Shown: positions 18,913-29,915, counted from the stretch's first letter. The stretch is DNA of 64,000 bases from Alphaproteobacteria bacterium (GCA_017520675.1 JAFXFG010000011.1:469-64468); one strand, 5' to 3'. The notes: a model not told the origin generated them from the sequence alone. Translations and numbers: made by a program.

Positions 18913-19480
18913 ATACCATAAATGGCAGATTTTCAAGGGTGCCTTCGGCAACACGAACATTAACATCAATCAGCATAAATATAGAATCAGGAGTACGAAT
19001 TATTTCGTCTGAAAATAATGATGTGTCAAGTAAGTGGCTGGTGTTGACGGAAAGTTTTGTTATTAAATGGTCGTCGTCCAATAGTGTATAAATTGGCCCA
19101 ATATCACGTGGGGTGTTGGCACCAATTTCGTGTTCGTTTTGTGGACAACGCAAACCATCAAGGATTGTTTTGACGCGATTGTCAATGTCGCTGCGTGGAA
19201 CGCCAACGATTTCAGGGTGTAACATTTGTATGTCTAGTTCGGCAATTAATTTTAAGTTCGGTGTAATTATTGGGTTCCAATCAATGCCACCAACATGACG
19301 CGTGGTAATGGGGCTTTTAGTCGGGTTGGGGACCATATATTGTGTCAAATTAGTCCAAGGACTGTGTTCAACAAGTTTCTTTAATTGTGGGTGAAATTGC
19401 ATACGGATATCCGCAATATGTTGAGCGCGCTTTTTAGGATTGATTAAAATGTCGCCAAAATATAATAACTTAAATTTCAT
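18911..19480 (-). CDS. hypothetical protein with a RusA-like motif
   Basis: RSDIDNRVKTILDGL ... LLDDDHLI resembles the RusA D.DN..K..DAL / DD..V signature, but the protein is longer (189 aa). Confidence 0.4.
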   Translation of the reverse strand: MKFKLLYFGDILINPKKRAQHIADIRMQFHPQLKKLVEHSPWTNLTQYMVPNPTKSPITTRHVGGIDWNPIITPNLKLIAELDIQMLHPEIVGVPRSDIDNRVKTILDGLRCPQNEHEIGANTPRDIGPIYTLLDDDHLITKLSVNTSHLLDTSLFSDEIIRTPDSIFMLIDVNVRVAEGTLENLPFMV

Positions 19481-19525
19481 AAAAAATACCCCTTTTTTCT
19501 TGATAATTATACCATAAATTGCTAA

Positions 19526-21955
<2,430 letters not shown>

Positions 21956-22003
21956 TTGATTGGCGCAGGAATCCCCTGCGCCATTAAATAAAAAGGGTGA
22001 ATA

Positions 22004-22243
22004 ATGTCGAAGAAACAAGATTTGTTGGCAGAAAAAGAACGGTTGCAAAATGAATTAAGGGATTTAGGTAGTGTCGCAGAATCGCAAGTGTGGCACAAAA
22101 AAGCACGAATACAACAAATTGATGAGGAAATAAAAAAATTAGAAACAGGTCAATTTAATGCGGGCGCTGATAAATTAAAAGAAAAAATCCATCAGCAAGA
22201 TATGGAAAAAATGTTAGTGGCGCAGGGGCAGGGGCGTGATTGA
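22004..22243 (+). CDS. small coiled-coil protein, unknown function
   Basis: 79 aa, charged heptad-like sequence. Stop overlaps the next ATG (TGATG). Confidence 0.45.
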   Translation: MSKKQDLLAEKERLQNELRDLGSVAESQVWHKKARIQQIDEEIKKLETGQFNAGADKLKEKIHQQDMEKMLVAQGQGRD

Positions 22244-22923
22244 TGTGGTTCTCGCGTGATTGGTTCTTTGACTTAGATGCGACTTTGCGTGCGCAGGGGT
22301 TGGACAGTGATGCCCAAAGTTTTGATGAAATTTTGCAGAACCTGCGTGCGCGAAAAATCTATACCGCTGATGAATTTGCATCGCATTGTGCTTATGTGAT
22401 TTTGGCGGGTGGTTTCTCGCAAAAAACAGCAAAAAAAATTCATAAAAAAATTATGGATGTTTTGTTGTCTGTTGGTGCAGATTTTAATACCTTGATTCAG
22501 GTTTTTAATAATAAAAATAAAATTAAGGCCATTTGTGAAATTTGGGAAAATCGGCAGTCTTTGCGTGATAGGTATTATGCAATTAATGTACCAGTAGAAA
22601 GATTGAATTATTTGCAGACCCTGCCACATATCGGAAAAATTACTGCAAATCATTTGGCGCGAAATCTGGGTGAAGATGTTGTTAAATATGATATTTGGAT
22701 TCAGCGTCTGGGGGTTCTATACAGCGGTAATTCTGGGCTTTATCAAAATATAGATAACGCCAAACTGGATGAAGAAATAAAAAAATCTTGTGATGATATG
22801 TTTGCGCATTTGTGTCAAGAAACAGGACTGCCACGCGGATACATTGATGTAGTGTTATGGAAATCTTGTCAGGTAAAATTAATTTCTATGGATGATTACT
22901 TGCATAAACCGCCGGTCATGTAG
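22243..22923 (+). CDS. HhH-type DNA glycosylase-like protein
   Basis: ILAGGFSQKTAKKI and LPHIGKITANHLARNLG resemble the endonuclease III-superfamily helix-hairpin-helix. Confidence 0.4.
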   Translation: MWFSRDWFFDLDATLRAQGLDSDAQSFDEILQNLRARKIYTADEFASHCAYVILAGGFSQKTAKKIHKKIMDVLLSVGADFNTLIQVFNNKNKIKAICEIWENRQSLRDRYYAINVPVERLNYLQTLPHIGKITANHLARNLGEDVVKYDIWIQRLGVLYSGNSGLYQNIDNAKLDEEIKKSCDDMFAHLCQETGLPRGYIDVVLWKSCQVKLISMDDYLHKPPVM

Positions 22924-23005
22924 CGAGTAGTATACTCTCTTTGGTTTGTGCTGCGTACTCGTATCATATAAATTAATTTTGAAGTTGGTTGAGGTTGATA
23001 AAATT

Positions 23006-23668
23006 ATGAATGTTAGAATTGAAGAATCTTGGAAAAACGCATTAAGTGCAGAATTTGATAAGGATTATTTTATCAAGTTGACTGACTTTGTGCGTGGTGA
23101 ATATTTGTCAGGACAGATTGTTTATCCTGCACCACAAAATATATTTAATGCATTTGACTTGTGTCCGCTGGATAATGTTAAAGTGGTTATTATTGGACAA
23201 GACCCATATCATGAGCCAGGGCAGGCACATGGGCTTTGTTTTTCTGTGTTGCCACCAACGCCAGTACCACCAAGTTTGCAAAATATTTATAAAGAGATAG
23301 AATCTGATATTGGTCACCCAAGTATTACAAATGGGGATTTGACAGAATGGGCAAAGCAGGGGGTATTGTTGTTGAATTCTGTGTTAACTGTTCAGGCGCA
23401 TAAGGCGGCATCACATTCGGGGTGCGGGTGGGAAGAGTTTACAGATGCAGTAATGCGTGTGCTGAGTCAACGCGAAAATATAGTCTATATGCTGTGGGGC
23501 AGTTTTGCGCAAAAAAAAGCAAGCGTAATAAATGCAAATAAGAATCTGGTCTTGAAATGTGTACATCCGTCCCCGTTGTCTGCATATCGTGGATTCTTTG
23601 GGTGTCGGCATTTTAGTCAGGCAAATAATTATCTGATAAATTGTGGAAAAACACCGATTGAGTGGTGA
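23006..23668 (+). CDS. ung: uracil-DNA glycosylase
   Basis: ATG at 23006. GQDPYH, HGLCFSV and HPSPLSA motifs. Confidence 0.92.
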   Translation: MNVRIEESWKNALSAEFDKDYFIKLTDFVRGEYLSGQIVYPAPQNIFNAFDLCPLDNVKVVIIGQDPYHEPGQAHGLCFSVLPPTPVPPSLQNIYKEIESDIGHPSITNGDLTEWAKQGVLLLNSVLTVQAHKAASHSGCGWEEFTDAVMRVLSQRENIVYMLWGSFAQKKASVINANKNLVLKCVHPSPLSAYRGFFGCRHFSQANNYLINCGKTPIEW

Positions 23669-23704
23669 TGTTTTTGAGAAAATAAAAAATATCTAAAAAT
23701 AGTC

Positions 23705-23733
23705 TTGCATAATTTTTTTAAAGTGGTTATCAT
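23705..23733 (+). promoter_or_regulatory. putative sigma70 promoter of leader B
   Basis: TTGCAT - 17 nt - TATCAT. Confidence 0.5.
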
Positions 23734-23738
23734 TGAAA

Positions 23739-24001
23739 ATGAATCCAGTGGAAGTTGGGTTCGGGGCTGTCGTAAGCCTTGTTCTGTTCGGTGCGAATGT
23801 AGACGTATCGTAATTTTTAGATATTGTCCCACTGTTCGTATCGCTTGTTTGTGTTGTATCCCCATGGCTAATGGAATTATTGTTAGTCGAGGGGTTGATC
23901 ACTGTAAAATAGAGATAAGTTATCTCGAAGGTGACAGGGTCAATAACAGAATGATTTACGAACTCCTCGACCGCTAAGATTTCCATAGCGGTTTATTTTT
24001 T
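23739..24001 (+). promoter_or_regulatory. copy B of the 3-copy structured leader, ending in an intrinsic terminator 24 nt before the ATG
   Basis: GGTTCGGGG at 23758. Helices CAGTGG(23746)/CCACTG(23829) and GTCGAGGGG(23886)/CTCCTCGAC(23963). Terminator ACCGCTA(23970)/TAGCGGT(23986) plus T-run. All ORFs across it are frame-inconsistent with copy A. Confidence 0.5.
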
Positions 24002-24024
24002 AACAATAAAGAAAGGAAAGGGAT

Positions 24025-24855
24025 ATGAACAAATCAAGAATATTGACATTTTTATCGACGTCGGCTGCGGTGTTTGCATTTGCGGGGGGGGCAGCATTCG
24101 CTGCTGCTGATGGTGGAGATCCAGTAGCTGTAGTGTATGGGACATATAATCCTACGTGTACTAAATTTACTGATGATATAACTGTAAATTTTTTCGGATA
24201 CACATCTGCAGGTACTTTTGGTAAGGTTTATTCTACCACTATTAGTAGATCGAGCAATAATTGGGCTAGCGGGGCGACTTTGACTACTCTAGCGGCACCT
24301 GTAGCTAAACCAGTTACAGTTGGCAGTGTTAGTTATACAAAAGGGGTGACCCCAAGGGGCGCGGTACTGTATTCGGTTGGTGGTTCTGAACCAACAGCAG
24401 TTGATTATTCAAGTAATGCAGGTTTGATTGTAGGGGCAACGACTGCTGTTTGGGATGTAGATTCGATGGTTACGGCAGATGATACGGGTCTTGCTGAAGA
24501 TATGTCGTTTGGTTTTGGGGCAGGTGGTACTTTTCCTACTATTCCTACCGATCTCTTTGATACAGTAGGAGAAAGTAATACTCTTGTTTTAAATTATATA
24601 ATTCCATATGCTGCAAGCTGTTTAGATGTGGATCATGGTGAGTGTACCCTGACTATCGGTGTGCAACAGGGGTCAACAAAATATCCTGGTGCTGCTGTCT
24701 ATCATAATTCTTGTGATGATGGGTATTCGGGTAGCAATTTTGGTGGTAGTACTTTGGCATGTGGAACAGCTGGGTCGTGTGGTGACATTCAAGCAAGTGT
24801 CCAAGGAGCAGCTCCATCACAATCTACAACACCGAATTATGCTAATGCTAACTAA
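24025..24855 (+). CDS. exported surface-type protein, unknown family
   Basis: Signal peptide ..AVFAFAGGAAFAA. Gly/Thr/Ser-rich, Cys only in the C-terminal third (..HNSCDDGYSG..). RBS GAAAGGAAAGGG. Confidence 0.7.
   Translation: MNKSRILTFLSTSAAVFAFAGGAAFAAADGGDPVAVVYGTYNPTCTKFTDDITVNFFGYTSAGTFGKVYSTTISRSSNNWASGATLTTLAAPVAKPVTVGSVSYTKGVTPRGAVLYSVGGSEPTAVDYSSNAGLIVGATTAVWDVDSMVTADDTGLAEDMSFGFGAGGTFPTIPTDLFDTVGESNTLVLNYIIPYAASCLDVDHGECTLTIGVQQGSTKYPGAAVYHNSCDDGYSGSNFGGSTLACGTAGSCGDIQASVQGAAPSQSTTPNYANAN
24084..24091 (+). repeat. G8 homopolymer inside the signal-peptide coding region
   Basis: tttgcGGGGGGGGcagc, read directly from the sequence. Exceptional in this AT-rich context. Confidence 0.9.
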
Positions 24856-24871
24856 TCAAACGGTAAAAAAA

Positions 24872-24904
24872 TCTCTCTTCTCTGAGTTAATCAGAGAAGA
24901 GAGA
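24872..24904. terminator. perfect 14-bp hairpin (T-run only on the minus strand)
   Basis: TCTCTCTTCTCTGA-gttaa-TCAGAGAAGAGAGA. Preceded by AAAAAAA on the + strand. Confidence 0.5.
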
Positions 24905-24919
24905 GTGTGTGTAATATAA

Positions 24920-25114
24920 TTCGAGGTATGCCAATGGCATTTCAAGCTGTTTCCAACCACAAATGATTCGTACTCTCATTCGTACTGTGCGAGTGCTTTT
25001 GTAGGGTTGTGTACGGAATCTGCATCTGCATATTGCAATTTGGATGTAATACGCGGTACAGATACAACACTTAGTGTTGTTTACGAAAATGGGTGTAATG
25101 CAGGATATTATTAG
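24920..25114 (+). pseudogene. start-less ORF fragment related to the C-terminus of the 24025 protein
   Basis: Open frame with no ATG, ending ..TLSVVYENGCNAGYY*. Resembles ..AAVYHNSCDDGYSG.. of the upstream gene. Confidence 0.25.
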
Positions 25115-25164
25115 TAAAATAATGATATGTGGGTTATGCCTTTAATTTTTGTTTTGTTTTGTTT

Positions 25165-25193
25165 AAAAGGGGGTGAAAGTCCCCCTTTTTTTT
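25165..25193. terminator. bidirectional terminator
   Basis: AGGGGG-tgaaagt-CCCCCT with flanking A- and T-runs. Confidence 0.65.
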
Positions 25194-25195
25194 GT

Positions 25196-25753
25196 TTAGA
25201 AATTGTATGATATGCCGAGACCATAAAATGCGTACGAGTTATTTTCTGGGGCGGTGTTGCCGTTTGACATGTGTTGCATAAAGGCCTCAATTGATGTACA
25301 TTCTGATATGCGATAGCCACCACCTAGTTTGAAACCAAATACCAGTTTTGAACCAATGCGGGCATTCTGTTGCGCCTGCATGCCAATGCCCAGACCAATA
25401 AAGGTGTACCAGTTATTACCATACAGTGGGATTACATCTTCGCTGAGCATCGCAATCGGTATAGAATAGTCGTCCCAATTCCAACCATATTTCTCGCCCC
25501 GTCCAACGTTTATAATCGCACTGATTGATTTGCGCGCAGGTAATCTGAAAAATGTCGTTGGCTGAGAATACTGAAACTGAAACATCGTATATGGTACAAA
25601 TTGCGATGGTGGTGGAATCAGAAAACCACTGTTTACACCGGCGCCAACATTAAAAGATATTTGATTGGTGTAACCGTTAAAAAACGGGTTGATTTCACCG
25701 TTTGCATAGGTGCAAAAAAGTAAAAGTGGCAAAATTGTAACGGTTTTTCTCAT
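25196..25753 (-). CDS. PagL-like lipid A deacylase paralog
   Basis: ATG at 25753 gives signal peptide MRKTVTILPLLLFCTYANG. HMSNG motif. C-terminal GISYNF. Confidence 0.6.
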   Translation of the reverse strand: MRKTVTILPLLLFCTYANGEINPFFNGYTNQISFNVGAGVNSGFLIPPPSQFVPYTMFQFQYSQPTTFFRLPARKSISAIINVGRGEKYGWNWDDYSIPIAMLSEDVIPLYGNNWYTFIGLGIGMQAQQNARIGSKLVFGFKLGGGYRISECTSIEAFMQHMSNGNTAPENNSYAFYGLGISYNF

Positions 25754-25892
25754 AGTTTGTATTATAGCATAAATAAAGTGTTTGTTCAAAGCGGATTATT
25801 AAAAAATATAATTATTTTTAACATGAATAAAATCCAATTAGTTTTTCTTTTGCTTGCAATTAAAAAAATGTCTGTTATAATCAGTGCCGTTT

Positions 25893-25967
25893 GGCAGCGT
25901 AGCTCAGTGGTAGAGCAGAGGAATCATAATCCTTTGGTCGGGGGTCCGAATCCCTCCGCTGCTACCA
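25893..25967 (+). tRNA. tRNA-Met or tRNA-Ile2 (anticodon CAT) with an unusual T-loop TCCGAAT
   Basis: GGCAGCG-TA-GCTC..GAGC-A-GAGGA-ATCATAA-TCCTT-TGGTC-GGGGG-TCCGAAT-CCCTC-CGCTGCT-ACCA. G1.U72 wobble. Followed by a TCCCGG/CCGGGA terminator. Confidence 0.8.
25923..25944 (+). repeat. direct repeat (att-like), copy inside the tRNA
   Basis: ATCATAATCCTTTGGTCGGGGG spanning the anticodon loop to the T-stem. Confidence 0.8.
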
Positions 25968-26247
25968 AAATTTCCCGGTGTTCCGGGATTTTTTATTTTG
26001 TAAAAAATTTTCGATTTTGTCCGAATTTGTCGGTTTTAGCAGATATATTTACATATACTGGACATAACCCAGGACATAGAAAATATGTTTACATGCGTAA
26101 TCCTTTTGCTTGCTTTACACTATGAATTATAAAGATGAATACATAGAAAGTCGCGACAAAAGGTTGCGAAGAATGACAAATGTTTACAAAGGGATAAGGT
26201 ATAATACAAAATACAACTAAACAAAAACCGCCACAGGGGCGGATGGT

Positions 26248-27288
26248 TTATTTTGTTTTGTAATGGTCACACACGCGGGCGATTGTGCCAACAAAGCCTG
26301 CGATTCTGTCTGCAACCTGTTGTGGGGACATCTCCCACCCCACTGTACTGGTTCCGGTATATTGATAATGGTGTTTTTCATCGATATAACGCGCCATAAT
26401 TTTCCCATCAATCGTCGGGTAAACGTAATCTTTATCAAATAAAAACGCCGTCCCCAGTTCACATCCGACATCACACCCATTACATTTTCCAGGTGATGGA
26501 ACATATACATTTCCTTGTTCTGGCTTTATGTTTATGCGTTGTTCTTGGGTGAATGCTTTCTTAGGTTTTTGTAGTGCTGTTTTTTGTTTGATGAACAAGG
26601 TGTATTCCTGAATTTTAGCGGCACATTTTTCGGGGCAACCGTTTGCGAAAATATGATTTATTGTTGGGTATTCGTTGTAACATCTGTTGAACTCATCATA
26701 GGGGTCAAGTGGATGTTTTTGATACCCCATATGGCAACGCCGTTCACACCCATCACAGCGCACAGGTGACTGTAATGGATTTTGTTCTTGGTAATTTTGT
26801 ATGCTGCAACCAAAGTATTCTAATAACGGTCTATATTTTGGGTTGACTAATTTTTCTGGGGCAAATTCTTTCATCTCACCATACACTGAATCATACAGAT
26901 ATGGATTTTTATGATATTTAACCACAGATTGCACCGCATGTCGAAATACCTTGTCTTGTTCTGGTGTAAAATGCGCAACAGGAATACCAATGCGCGGTAA
27001 CATTTCGTAAAAATTGTACAAATATATTGTGCCTTTTTGATAGATATAAAAATTTCTGTGTTCCTGTCCAAAACGTTGTTTAATTCCCCAACCAAAATGA
27101 ATTTCTGTATCTGGGGTAATGGAACCACGATAATTATGTGCAACTATATTACGTGCCGTTCGATACATTTGGGCCAGGAAATAGTCTGCATTGTTTTCGC
27201 GCATTGCGGTGGGGGATAATTTTTCTATATCTTGTGCCGTTATATCTTCCCATGGGCGAACAACAGAATTATCGTTGACAGATGACAT
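26248..27288 (-). CDS. hypothetical protein with two copies of a 4-Cys domain (CxGCx3C..YPTI..C.HYKTK)
   Basis: 346 aa. The C-terminal 100 aa are homologous to the 29223 product. A middle copy reads VRCDGCERRCH...YPTIN. Confidence 0.65.
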   Translation of the reverse strand: MSSVNDNSVVRPWEDITAQDIEKLSPTAMRENNADYFLAQMYRTARNIVAHNYRGSITPDTEIHFGWGIKQRFGQEHRNFYIYQKGTIYLYNFYEMLPRIGIPVAHFTPEQDKVFRHAVQSVVKYHKNPYLYDSVYGEMKEFAPEKLVNPKYRPLLEYFGCSIQNYQEQNPLQSPVRCDGCERRCHMGYQKHPLDPYDEFNRCYNEYPTINHIFANGCPEKCAAKIQEYTLFIKQKTALQKPKKAFTQEQRINIKPEQGNVYVPSPGKCNGCDVGCELGTAFLFDKDYVYPTIDGKIMARYIDEKHHYQYTGTSTVGWEMSPQQVADRIAGFVGTIARVCDHYKTK

Positions 27289-27320
27289 TTTTGTTTGCCT
27301 TTTAATTATTGTACATAAGT

Positions 27321-27348
27321 TTTATAGCACAAAATCGCAGATTTGCAA
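27321..27348 (-). promoter_or_regulatory. putative promoter of 26248..27288
   Basis: TTGCAA - 16 nt - TATAAA on the minus strand. Same promoter and first codons (ATGTCnTCTGT) as at 29916-29943. Confidence 0.45.
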
Positions 27349-27608
27349 GCGGTATAGCGGTTTTTGTTAAAGTGCTTTTTGTATTTAATCTGATTAACGT
27401 TTATGGACAATTTTACATATACTAGACATAGAAAATTGGTGTGCCGGTGAAAGTGGTGGTTTTCCGGCTGTTTTTTATTTTTGTCTTGCATTTGTAAATT
27501 GCATTTCAGTATAGTTTAATTCAAGGAAGGAAAGGATAACTGACCTTACTCTGATTTTACAGAGAAACAATGACAAAAATGGCGACCATCTGGCCGCCGT
27601 TTTATATT

Positions 27609-27839
27609 TTACAAAAATTCCTGTTCTTGGATGTTTTCTGGTACATGTTCTAGCGCAATTTTTATTTTCTTGCGCAGATGTGTGATATAGAGTTCTGCCC
27701 CGTCCAGATTTTTATATGCGGCATCATTTTCGCCAAGGCATATAGTTTTGGCAATATGAACCACATCTTCCAGTTCTTGCAAGGTTTCCAACATGCTCAT
27801 TTCCTGGGTGGTAAATGTTCCGCCTTTGGTGTATTTCAT
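27609..27839 (-). CDS. hypothetical small protein
   Basis: 76 aa, directly downstream of and co-oriented with 27853..28968. Confidence 0.45.
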   Translation of the reverse strand: MKYTKGGTFTTQEMSMLETLQELEDVVHIAKTICLGENDAAYKNLDGAELYITHLRKKIKIALEHVPENIQEQEFL

Positions 27840-27852
27840 AATGTGTCTCCTT

Positions 27853-28968
27853 TTAGTCGATACCGAGATAAGCCTGTTGTGCTTGGGCTTTTTTTAGTTC
27901 GTCCATACTGACATACGGTCCATGTTGAACTTGTTTGCCAAGCTCTTCTGTTGCCAATCGCAGTGATTGTATTCCGCGCTCGCGTTCTATTTTGCGTTGC
28001 AATTCTTCGGGGAATTCGGGGAGCAGTTTTTTATCTTCTTCACTTAGGTTGGATAATATGTCTAATTCACGTTTTATTTTTTTGCGCATGCCAGGTGACC
28101 AGCATTTTTCTTCTGCCACCTGTGCCAAGAATGTTTGTGCATCATCAAGTTTAACACGACTGCGATGTTCTAAAAAGTCTTCGTGGTTGGTACAATTTTC
28201 TGAAGATATATCCTTGATGATATACGGTACGTCTTCATGTCCTTTTATCAAATGTTCAAAAGACTTGCCAACAACCATATCGGAATCTGGAATTTCTTTT
28301 GTAAATACATTTTCTTGAATGGTTTCGTTTCGTGCCTCTATCATAACCCAGTTGTTAGTATTTAGTTTGACGCATGGGACAACGTGTCCTGCACGACCAT
28401 CTATCAGATTGGTATATTTTGTGGTTGCTAAGAATATAATATCATTTTTTTTGATGTTATCAATTTCTGCTTTTATTTCTTCTTTTGTAAGATTCTTGCT
28501 TTTAAGTATGTTTTCAACTGTTTTGATAAATTCATGTACAAATGCACCAGCTGCATTTGAACAGGATGTAGAAATGCCATATTTCATAAATACTTCTGGG
28601 GTTGCATTCAGTTGTTCGCGAATATTGTTGTATCCAGCCGTGCTCTGGATAAATATATTATTGGGCTGTGGATTTTCTATTTCTGCTATGCTTTTACGAA
28701 CATTGTCTAAAATATCTTGTCTGAAACCATCCGATTTCTTTCCATTCTTTTCATTCTCTTCATATTCTTGTATTTTTCTGGCCACAAACAGATTGAATCT
28801 TTCTTCGGCATAATAAGGTTTTGTAGCCCGGATAGTTTTCAACTTTTGCTGTTCTTCTGGGGATAAAGCACCCCATATACTATTAAGCAAACTACTTAAT
28901 CCCTTTTTATCATCCTTTAAATTTTTTATAGTTTCATTTATTGCGGATAATTTTTCTTCGTCTGTCAT
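27853..28968 (-). CDS. hypothetical protein (possible Cys/His hydrolase; weak)
   Basis: 371 aa. AGGAA before the ATG. Coiled-coil ends. Central STSCSNAAGAF ... GRAGHVVPC could be a Cys-His pair. Confidence 0.55.
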   Translation of the reverse strand: MTDEEKLSAINETIKNLKDDKKGLSSLLNSIWGALSPEEQQKLKTIRATKPYYAEERFNLFVARKIQEYEENEKNGKKSDGFRQDILDNVRKSIAEIENPQPNNIFIQSTAGYNNIREQLNATPEVFMKYGISTSCSNAAGAFVHEFIKTVENILKSKNLTKEEIKAEIDNIKKNDIIFLATTKYTNLIDGRAGHVVPCVKLNTNNWVMIEARNETIQENVFTKEIPDSDMVVGKSFEHLIKGHEDVPYIIKDISSENCTNHEDFLEHRSRVKLDDAQTFLAQVAEEKCWSPGMRKKIKRELDILSNLSEEDKKLLPEFPEELQRKIERERGIQSLRLATEELGKQVQHGPYVSMDELKKAQAQQAYLGID

Positions 28969-29222
28969 GGTTGTTCCTGATGATTTATTTTATTGATATT
29001 TTAACAAAAATTTGGGATTTTTGCCAGTTGTATATGGATGATTCAAGGTGGGTAAAAACTTTACATAGAAAAATGGTTAAAAAATGGCGGAAATGTGAGT
29101 GGTGTAGCGATTTTTTATTATTTTTTTATTTGTATTATGACCTGGGTCCCGTGGTGTGCGGCGGGATGACATAGAAAATAAAAACACCGCCCATTTGGGG
29201 CGGTATGGTTGTTTTGTTGTTT

Positions 29223-29546
29223 CTATCGTGTCTTGTAATTGTCGCACAGGCGGGCGATTTTGCCAGCTAGTACCTTGGCTGTCAGTTCTTTTTGACGTGC
29301 TTGAGCGGTTATTCCGTTTGGTGTGACAATATCACTAGTGGTTTGAATTTGAGAATTCTCGTCAACGTAACAAGATATGATAAATCCGTTAATTGTCGGA
29401 TAAATGTAACGAGTGTAATTTACTGAAATATACTCATGACCAAATTCGCACCGTTTATCGCATCCATCACAAAATCCCCCGGGTGCAACGTATGCCTGAA
29501 CCTGTTTTGGATTTATATTTGTGCGTTTTTCTTGTGTAAATGACAT
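29223..29546 (-). CDS. small 4-Cys domain protein
   Basis: 107 aa. FCDGCDKRCEF ... YPTINGF ... ARLCDNYKTR. Confidence 0.6.
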   Translation of the reverse strand: MSFTQEKRTNINPKQVQAYVAPGGFCDGCDKRCEFGHEYISVNYTRYIYPTINGFIISCYVDENSQIQTTSDIVTPNGITAQARQKELTAKVLAGKIARLCDNYKTR

Positions 29547-29557
29547 TTTGCGTTCCT

Positions 29558-29884
29558 TTATTTTGTTTTTTGATAATGCGGACAGTGTCTTGCGGCAAGG
29601 CGTGCCTGATGTGTTGCCCGCTCTAATACAGCCTTTAATGCGCCTTGGGGTAGTGGTGTAAAAACCATACTATCATCACTATCCCAACTATAATTTTTAA
29701 GTTGTATTCCTGCATCACATTCTTTGCCGAATTCATCAATGTATTTATTTATAGCCATATCACCAATCATGGGATGTATGTAATAAGTAGCATAAATTGA
29801 ACCACTTGTGTGCACGTTTGCCCATAGTTCGCAATTCTTTTCACATCCTTCACAATAAAACTTGGCTTCTTGTACAGACGACAT
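29558..29884 (-). CDS. small 4-Cys domain protein (paralog)
   Basis: 108 aa. YCEGCEKNCEL ... HPMIGD ... ARHCPHYQKTK. Confidence 0.6.
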   Translation of the reverse strand: MSSVQEAKFYCEGCEKNCELWANVHTSGSIYATYYIHPMIGDMAINKYIDEFGKECDAGIQLKNYSWDSDDSMVFTPLPQGALKAVLERATHQARLAARHCPHYQKTK

Positions 29885-29915
29885 TTTAAGTGCCTTTTTA
29901 ATATTTTACACAAGA

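Noticed and set aside
22214-22653. Minus-strand ORFs overlapping the HhH-like gene
   Set aside because: The sense strand shows translational coupling with the upstream ORF and an HhH motif. The antisense frames are His/Phe/Asn-rich noise.
23693-23986. Track ORFs 23705..23977 (+), 23693..23986 (-) and 23629..23865 (-)
   Set aside because: They lie in the non-coding leader between a promoter and a terminator. They have no RBS, Cys/Arg-rich nonsense composition, and no frame conservation with copy A.
28319-28813. 164-aa hydrophobic plus-strand ORF in the islet
   Set aside because: It is antisense to the 371-aa gene, which has an RBS, a balanced composition and a downstream partner.
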